From contig JAFGAR010000151.1 in assembly GCA_016933575.1 (NCBI GenBank), forward strand, positions 32,001-96,000: a stretch of DNA of 64,000 nt, given 5' to 3'. Under the pieces are notes generated by a model. That model ran no database searches and was not told the origin of the DNA. It was given only the letters and a program-made list of their open reading frames with translations. Positions 57,812-64,000 of the stretch are shown piece after piece (the stretch's first letter is position 1; the number at the start of each line of letters is the position of its first letter). Source of the stretch: Candidatus Thorarchaeota archaeon. Its GTDB lineage: Archaea; Asgardarchaeota; Thorarchaeia; Thorarchaeales; Thorarchaeaceae. Position numbers and translations under genes: made by a program.

Positions 57812-60750
57812 CCACGACAGAGAGTAAGAAACGCACTGGTGATCTGGAGACTGAGATAGATGGTCCTAGATCAATTGTGGTCATCGGAGCTGCTGAACAT
57901 AATTTGAAACACATCTCATGCACTATACCAAAGAACACCATGACTGTTGTTACGGGTCTGTCTGGGAGCGGCAAAAGCTCGCTCGTGTTCGATACCATCT
58001 ACAGTGAGGGCCAGAGGCGATTCATAGAGTCACTCTCACCCTATGCCCGTCAGTTCTTAGGGATGCTAGAGAAACCAAAAGTCGATCTGATGACTGGTCT
58101 CTCACCATCCATATCTATAGATCAGAAGAGTGTCAGCAGGAACCCTAGGAGTTCGGTTGGCACAATTACAGAGATCTATGATTACCTTCGACTCCTATAC
58201 GCTCGTGTGGGGGAACCTCATTGCCCAAAGTGCATGAAGAAGATTGAGCCACAGACATCACAACAGATAGTTGACCGTGTATTGAGCCTGAAGGAAGGAT
58301 CACGCATCATGATTCTTGCTCCCATTGTCCGCGGGAGAAAAGGTGAGTATCGAAAAGAATTTCGCGATCTCATGAAGAAGGGCTTTGTCAGAGCCCGTGT
58401 AGATGGGGACTTGAAAGAGCTAGAAGAGGGAATGTCGCTTGACCGTTACTTCGAGCATACTATCGAGGTAGTTATTGATCGCCTCACTGTGAAGGAATCT
58501 GAACGAGCGCGCATCTCTGAGGCTGTTGAAACTGCTCTCAATATGGCAGAGCGCGTTGTTACGATTGACACACCTGAGGGTAATATCACTCTGTCTGAGC
58601 AGTTTGCATGTGTGGACTGTGGTATCAGTCTCCCTGAGATGGAACCCCGTATCTTTAGCTGGAATACTCCTCAAGGTGCCTGTCCTCATTGCACCGGGAT
58701 CGGTGTCATCAGAGAGTTTGACCCTGACCTTTTTGTTTCTGACCCAAGCCGTTCACTCAGTACCGGTCTTTTCGAGACCGATCAGTGGAAGATCAAACGG
58801 AAATTCACAAAGAAGGTTGTAGAGAAGTATGGATTCACAATGGACACACCCTGGAAGGATATGACCAAGAAACAGCAAGATCTTCTCCTCTATGGATCTG
58901 GTAACAAGAAGTTCGAGGCAACCTGGGAGAGTGATAATCCTGAGTTCGAAGTCCAGTGGAAGGGAACCTTCCAGAGACCCTTCGAGGGTTGGGTTGAACG
59001 GGCAAAGCGTCTCTATAAGGCGACCAAGTCTGATTATGGAAGAGGAATTCTAGAGAAGTATATGTCTGAGCAGACTTGTCCAGTCTGTGAGGGCGGACGG
59101 CTCCGTCCCGAGTCTAAGGCTGTGACATTCAATGGTCGGTCAATCACTGATATCAACGGCTTATCAATCAAGGCACTCAGGGAGTTCTTCGAGACTGCTG
59201 ATATCGATCCGCGATTCAGACCAGTAGCTGAACCCATTCTTCGTGAAATCATGGGACGTATCGGATATCTTGAGGATGTAGGATTGGAGTATCTCACTCT
59301 CGATCGTTCTGCCCCGAGTCTTGCAGGTGGTGAAGCTCAACGCATTCGACTCGCAAGTCAGATTGGATCTGACCTTGTTGGAGTTACCTATGTCTGCGAT
59401 GAACCATCGATTGGTCTACACAGTAGAGACAATATTCGACTCCTTAAGTCTCTCCTGCGGCTTAGAGACCTGGGCAACAATGTTCTCGTTGTCGAACATG
59501 ACGAAGAGACCATCCGTACGGCAGACTACATCATTGACTTGGGTCCTGGAGCTGGCTCTGAGGGTGGAGAAGTTGTCGTTGCAGGGACTCTTGATGATGT
59601 TCTGAAGTCAAAGAAATCCATCACGGGCAAATATCTCAGAGGTGAAGAGAAGATTCCTGTCCCCGAACGACGGAGAAAGCCCAATGGCCGTTTCATAGAA
59701 CTCAAAGGATGCCAGCACAATAATCTGAAGAACATAAACATTCAGATTCCTCTCGGACTTTTCATTGCTACCACAGGAGTTTCAGGATCTGGGAAATCTT
59801 CCCTGGTCGTTGAAACACTTCAGAGAGAACTTGCTAGAAGATTCCATCACGCTGAGGCAAAGCCCGGTAAGTTCGATGAAATCTTGGGAGTTGAACAACT
59901 CGATAAGGTCATTGTCATTGATCAGTCGCCTATCGGAAGAACTCCAAGAAGCAACCCTGCTACCTATGTAGGTCTCTGGTCTCCCTTGAGAGACCTCTTC
60001 TCCGGACTACCTGAGTCGCAGATTCGAGGATACAAACCGGGTCGTTTCAGTTTCAATGTAAAGAGTGGTCGCTGCGAGACCTGTAAAGGCGCAGGAGTTG
60101 AGGTCATTGAGATGCAGTTTCTTCCTCCTGTTCAGGTGACCTGTAGTGAGTGTAAGGGTCGACGATACAACAGAGAAACCCTTCAGGTACGATTCAAGGG
60201 AAAGAACATCGCTGATATTCTTGAAATGCGCATCGACGAGGCTGTGAAGTTTTTTGAAGGTATTCCCTCAGTGCATCGACGACTCGAAACCCTATGTGAA
60301 GTAGGTATGGGGTATGTAAAGCTCGGACAACCTGCCACAACTCTCAGTGGTGGAGAAGCGCAACGTATCAAGCTGAGCAAATACCTCTCACGACCTGCCA
60401 CTGGGCAGACGTTGATACTCTTAGATGAACCTACAACAGGATTGCACTTTGCCGATATCAAGAAACTACTGGAGGTCCTCCACCGTCTTGTGGACCTTGG
60501 GAATACTGTTCTGGTCATCGAGCACCAGCTAGACGTTGTCAAGACTGCTGATTGGGTCATTGATCTCGGTCCCGAAGGCGGCGACGATGGTGGTTATCTT
60601 GTGGCTGAAGGAACTCCAGAGGATATAGTTGCTTGTAAGGAGTCGTATACTGGTCAATATCTTAGTGAGTTGTTGGACAAATCTATACCAGCAAAATCAT
60701 CTCCAAGTAAGAAATCAGCCGCCACGAAGAAACGGAGGTCCAATAAATGA
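57808..60750 (+). CDS. uvrA: Excinuclease ABC subunit A, copy 1
   Basis: HNLK, GLSGSGKSS, EGQRR, zinc modules, GVSGSGKSS, PIGRTPRSNPATY, LSGGEAQR. Confidence 0.97.
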   Translation: MTTTESKKRTGDLETEIDGPRSIVVIGAAEHNLKHISCTIPKNTMTVVTGLSGSGKSSLVFDTIYSEGQRRFIESLSPYARQFLGMLEKPKVDLMTGLSPSISIDQKSVSRNPRSSVGTITEIYDYLRLLYARVGEPHCPKCMKKIEPQTSQQIVDRVLSLKEGSRIMILAPIVRGRKGEYRKEFRDLMKKGFVRARVDGDLKELEEGMSLDRYFEHTIEVVIDRLTVKESERARISEAVETALNMAERVVTIDTPEGNITLSEQFACVDCGISLPEMEPRIFSWNTPQGACPHCTGIGVIREFDPDLFVSDPSRSLSTGLFETDQWKIKRKFTKKVVEKYGFTMDTPWKDMTKKQQDLLLYGSGNKKFEATWESDNPEFEVQWKGTFQRPFEGWVERAKRLYKATKSDYGRGILEKYMSEQTCPVCEGGRLRPESKAVTFNGRSITDINGLSIKALREFFETADIDPRFRPVAEPILREIMGRIGYLEDVGLEYLTLDRSAPSLAGGEAQRIRLASQIGSDLVGVTYVCDEPSIGLHSRDNIRLLKSLLRLRDLGNNVLVVEHDEETIRTADYIIDLGPGAGSEGGEVVVAGTLDDVLKSKKSITGKYLRGEEKIPVPERRRKPNGRFIELKGCQHNNLKNINIQIPLGLFIATTGVSGSGKSSLVVETLQRELARRFHHAEAKPGKFDEILGVEQLDKVIVIDQSPIGRTPRSNPATYVGLWSPLRDLFSGLPESQIRGYKPGRFSFNVKSGRCETCKGAGVEVIEMQFLPPVQVTCSECKGRRYNRETLQVRFKGKNIADILEMRIDEAVKFFEGIPSVHRRLETLCEVGMGYVKLGQPATTLSGGEAQRIKLSKYLSRPATGQTLILLDEPTTGLHFADIKKLLEVLHRLVDLGNTVLVIEHQLDVVKTADWVIDLGPEGGDDGGYLVAEGTPEDIVACKESYTGQYLSELLDKSIPAKSSPSKKSAATKKRRSNK

Positions 60751-63581
60751 CGGGTTACATCAGTGTGCGTAAGGCTGAGGAACATAACCTCAAGTCAATT
60801 GATGTAGATATTCCCAGAGACCGTCTCGTTGTAGTTACAGGCCCAAGCGGTTCCGGGAAGTCAACCCTTGTTCTTGACACCATCTTCGCAGAAGGTCAGA
60901 GAAGATATGTTGAGAGCCTCAGTTCCTATGCTAGAAGATTTCTCGGTCGACTCGATAAACCAAAAGTGGAAAAAATTTCTGGACTCCCACCAGCTATCTC
61001 TATCGAGCAGAAGGGTCGGACAAAGAATCCACGGTCCACAGTTTCAACAAGTACAGAGATTCATGACTATCTCAGACTCCTCTACGCAAACATAGGCATC
61101 GCTCATTGTGTAGAGTGCGGTCTTCCCATGGAACAACTCACCGCGGAATCTGCCGCGCGACTGCTCCTCGATGAGAATGGAGGTCAGAAGATACACATTC
61201 TCGCACCTGTTGTCTGTGGTGAGGTTGGAAAACACGAGGAATGCCTTGATGGACTGCACAAGAATGGTTTCGTACGTGTCCGCGTTGATGGCGAGATAAT
61301 GGATATCGACCAAGTTGATTTGGATGCTCGGAAGAAGCATGACATAGATGTGGTTATCGACAGACTGGAGTTGAATCAGAAGAATCGTGAACGATTAATT
61401 AGCTCTCTAGAAACTGCTCTGGAAACTGGTGATGGTAGAGCAATAGTATCACGAGAAGGAAATGATGAACTCACCTTTGCAGAACAGCTCATGTGTCCAA
61501 AGTGTGGGATACAATATGAGAAACTTGGCCCGAAGGCTTTCTCCTTCAATAGACCTGATGGTGCATGTCCTGTCTGTAATGGTCTTGGTGTGACAATGTC
61601 CATTGATTCTGAACTTGTCATCCCCGATAGAAGAATGACTGTACATGAGATAAGTCGACATATCAATGCAGGAGAACGAACCTGGTGGAACGAGCGTATT
61701 GTTGCTCTGGGAGAACTCCTCGGATTCACTATGGAGACCACATTCAATCAACTCAGTGAATCTCAGGCTGAGGCTCTTGTCTGGGGTCGCCCTGAGTACA
61801 CACTCAGTTATGTTCACGAGGGGGTTGACTCAACTTGGGAGATCACACGAAAATGGTACGGTCTCATTCCATGGCTTGAACGCATGTTTGACAGAGGAAA
61901 AAGTAGTGATAAGGCGTCACAACGATGGTGGGCTCAACGCATCGCAAATGAGTTCTCCCGAAAGACCGCATGTGAAGCATGCAATGGCAGAAAACTCAAA
62001 CCTGAGAACCTAGCAGTGACTGTGGCTGGAAAATCCATTGACCAGATCACTGCTATGACAATTGAAGGAGCAGCTGCATTCTTCGAGGGCATAACCCTTA
62101 CAGAACGAGAACAAAAGATTGCAGAACTTGTGCTTAAGGAAATCCGTGCGCGGCTCAATTTTCTTCTAGCAGTTGGTCTAGACTATCTTAGTCTTGACAG
62201 GTCATCCATGACGCTTTCTGGTGGTGAGAGCCAACGAATTCGTCTAGCCACACAGATTGGTTCTGCCTTAACTGGTGTCCTCTATTGTCTGGACGAACCA
62301 TCGATAGGTCTACATCCTCGAGATGTCGGAAAGCTCATTGACACCTTCTACCACCTGAGGTCTCTTGGCAACACTGTCATCGTCATTGAGCACGACCGTG
62401 ATACAATAACCGCTGCAGATCATCTCATCGACCTTGGCCCACTCGCTGGAGTGAATGGCGGAAGACTTGTGGCTGAGGGTCCACCCTCTGAGGTCCTTGC
62501 TGACCCGAAGTCCCTGACCGCTCAGTATCTTGCTGGGAAGCGACAGATACCCATTCCCAAGCACAGGCGAGAGGGGACAGGTAAGAAGATTACAATCCAT
62601 GGAGCACGGGTCAATAATCTGAAGAATATCGACGTAGACATTCCACTGGGGACACTCATCTGTGTATCCGGAGTTTCTGGCGCAGGAAAGAGCTCTCTTA
62701 CACATGAGATTCTCTACAAAGCACTGGCACAGAAGATAAACAAGGCTAGTGTTGTAGCCGGAAACCACGATTCGATCGAGGGTGTTGAGAACCTCGACAG
62801 GATGGTCCTTGTGGATCAAAGCCCGATTGGTAGGACGCCTCGGAGCAACCCTGCCACGTATACACAGACATTCGGTGGAATTCGCGAGCTCTTTGCAATG
62901 ATGCCTGAGGCTAAGGCACGAGGTTATGGTCCTGGCCGCTTCAGTTTTAACACACGCGAGGGTCGCTGTGAGAAGTGTAAAGGGAGTGGGGTCTTACAGG
63001 TTGAGATGCACTTCATGTCTGATGTGTTCATGACCTGTGATGTATGTAAAGGCAAACGCTTTGACAGAGAGACCCTTGAGGTCATGTACAAGAACAAGAA
63101 TATCACTCAGGTCTTGGGTCTGACAATCGATGAGGCTCTGGACTTCTTCAGTGACATTCCCAAGATTGCTGATAGATTGATCACCTTGGTCGATGTAGGA
63201 TTGGGTTATTTACAACTTGGACAACCAGCCACAACACTCTCTGGTGGAGAAGCCCAGCGCATGAAACTAGCTGCAGAGCTTGCTCGTACTGCTACAGGAA
63301 ACACACTCTATATCATGGACGAACCATCGACCGGTCTCTCAGCTTCGGATGTTCATGTACTACTTAATGTAGTCAATCGATTGGTAGATGCTGGAAATAC
63401 GGTTGTGATTGTCGAACACAATCTTGAAATCATCAAGACTGCCGACTGGGTGATTGATCTAGGTCCAGAGGGTGGCGATAATGGAGGCGAATTAGTTGTT
63501 GCTGGGACTCCAGAAAACATCATGAAGGCTAAGAAATCCTATACCGGAAAACATCTCAAAACGCTTCTCTTGGGCTCCTAA
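60747..63581 (+). CDS. uvrA: Excinuclease ABC subunit A, copy 2
   Basis: HNLK, GPSGSGKST, EGQRRYVES, LSGGESQR, GVSGAGKSS, PIGRTPRSNPATY. Confidence 0.96.
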   Translation: MTGYISVRKAEEHNLKSIDVDIPRDRLVVVTGPSGSGKSTLVLDTIFAEGQRRYVESLSSYARRFLGRLDKPKVEKISGLPPAISIEQKGRTKNPRSTVSTSTEIHDYLRLLYANIGIAHCVECGLPMEQLTAESAARLLLDENGGQKIHILAPVVCGEVGKHEECLDGLHKNGFVRVRVDGEIMDIDQVDLDARKKHDIDVVIDRLELNQKNRERLISSLETALETGDGRAIVSREGNDELTFAEQLMCPKCGIQYEKLGPKAFSFNRPDGACPVCNGLGVTMSIDSELVIPDRRMTVHEISRHINAGERTWWNERIVALGELLGFTMETTFNQLSESQAEALVWGRPEYTLSYVHEGVDSTWEITRKWYGLIPWLERMFDRGKSSDKASQRWWAQRIANEFSRKTACEACNGRKLKPENLAVTVAGKSIDQITAMTIEGAAAFFEGITLTEREQKIAELVLKEIRARLNFLLAVGLDYLSLDRSSMTLSGGESQRIRLATQIGSALTGVLYCLDEPSIGLHPRDVGKLIDTFYHLRSLGNTVIVIEHDRDTITAADHLIDLGPLAGVNGGRLVAEGPPSEVLADPKSLTAQYLAGKRQIPIPKHRREGTGKKITIHGARVNNLKNIDVDIPLGTLICVSGVSGAGKSSLTHEILYKALAQKINKASVVAGNHDSIEGVENLDRMVLVDQSPIGRTPRSNPATYTQTFGGIRELFAMMPEAKARGYGPGRFSFNTREGRCEKCKGSGVLQVEMHFMSDVFMTCDVCKGKRFDRETLEVMYKNKNITQVLGLTIDEALDFFSDIPKIADRLITLVDVGLGYLQLGQPATTLSGGEAQRMKLAAELARTATGNTLYIMDEPSTGLSASDVHVLLNVVNRLVDAGNTVVIVEHNLEIIKTADWVIDLGPEGGDNGGELVVAGTPENIMKAKKSYTGKHLKTLLLGS

Positions 63582-63850
63582 GGTCTTCATGACGAATCGT
63601 TTTTGTACTTGGTCATAGTGCAACTTGTAGAAGCGCGCGCTATGCTTGCGATTTTTCGTCACATTCTTCTAATAATACCAATTCGATAATACAATTCCAT
63701 GATACATTAGCATCTTAAAGCATCTTGATTCGAATATAGATGGTTATATGACTCTATAAACAGAATTAAAGGTATCATAAATCTCTATCTATCTTTAAAG
63801 AATTTCATAATTCTTTTTTCAATTTGAAAATAAGGCGAATGATTTACCGA

Positions 63851-63870
63851 GAGTCATATATTAATGACTC
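63851..63870. promoter_or_regulatory. Inverted repeat enclosing a TATA-like spacer
   Basis: GAGTCAT-ATATTA-ATGACTC. Confidence 0.5.
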
Positions 63871-63940
63871 CGGGGAAACCCTTACTGCTTGCTTTCGAGC
63901 AGAATCTCCGTGATTCGTCCGCCGGGAGGACCTACACGAA

Positions 63941-64000
63941 ATGATACAGCGAGAGGAAACATCAAAGACTTCACTGGACATCTCCAACGACCAGCCCTCT
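63941..64000 (+). CDS. Possible 5' end of a CDS running off the window (MIQREETSKTSLDISNDQPS...)
   Basis: ATG with GGAGG 11 nt upstream; open to the window edge. Confidence 0.35.
   Translation, partial: MIQREETSKTSLDISNDQPS

Noticed and set aside
417-63106. Numerous 60-170 aa ORFs nested in or antisense to long genes
   Set aside because: Shadow ORFs of well-supported genes with no independent signals
63492-63662. Minus-strand 56-aa ORF MTKNRKHSARFYKLHYDQ...
   Set aside because: GTG start with no SD, overlaps the uvrA 3' end by 90 nt, no supporting motif
1-64000. tRNA, rRNA, CRISPR array, transposase/integrase, selenoprotein with in-frame TGA
   Set aside because: No cloverleaf, rRNA-like tract, repeat-spacer array, DDE or tyrosine-recombinase motif, or TGA-interrupted homolog was recognised by eye; a covariance-model scan could still find something missed

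Overview
Archaeal chromosomal segment, most likely from an Asgard archaeon and plausibly Thorarchaeia. This is an inference from rpS17e, the ATP-dependent ligase, MptA, archaeal MetRS and several candidate eukaryote-signature proteins. Housekeeping content: korA(end)-korB-fumC-sdhA-sdhB, an orphan DNA methyltransferase, rps17e, lig-queD-mptA, metG, an aminotransferase, two histidine phosphatases and a uvrB-uvrA-uvrA operon. Less ordinary content: (i) two tandem paralogous receptor-like surface proteins (ectodomain, one TM, longin/roadblock-like tail), one split by a 1-nt frameshift and the other by a single in-frame amber; (ii) two short serpin-like paralogs differing in the reactive loop, interleaved with a duplicated, ungapped 185-bp element that shows codon-patterned conservation of an unannotated 33-codon ORF and carries 11-bp phased repeats; (iii) several 31-46 aa ORFs below the ORF-track cutoff with a loose hydrophobic-x-x-L/I-Y motif, two of the loci sharing an upstream DNA motif; (iv) candidate structured RNAs at 23.5, 34.2 and 63.9 kb; (v) arrestin-like, adaptin/COP-appendage-like and degenerate RadA-like proteins. 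No rRNA, tRNA, CRISPR array, transposase or integrase was recognised. All domain calls are by eye, without database searches.
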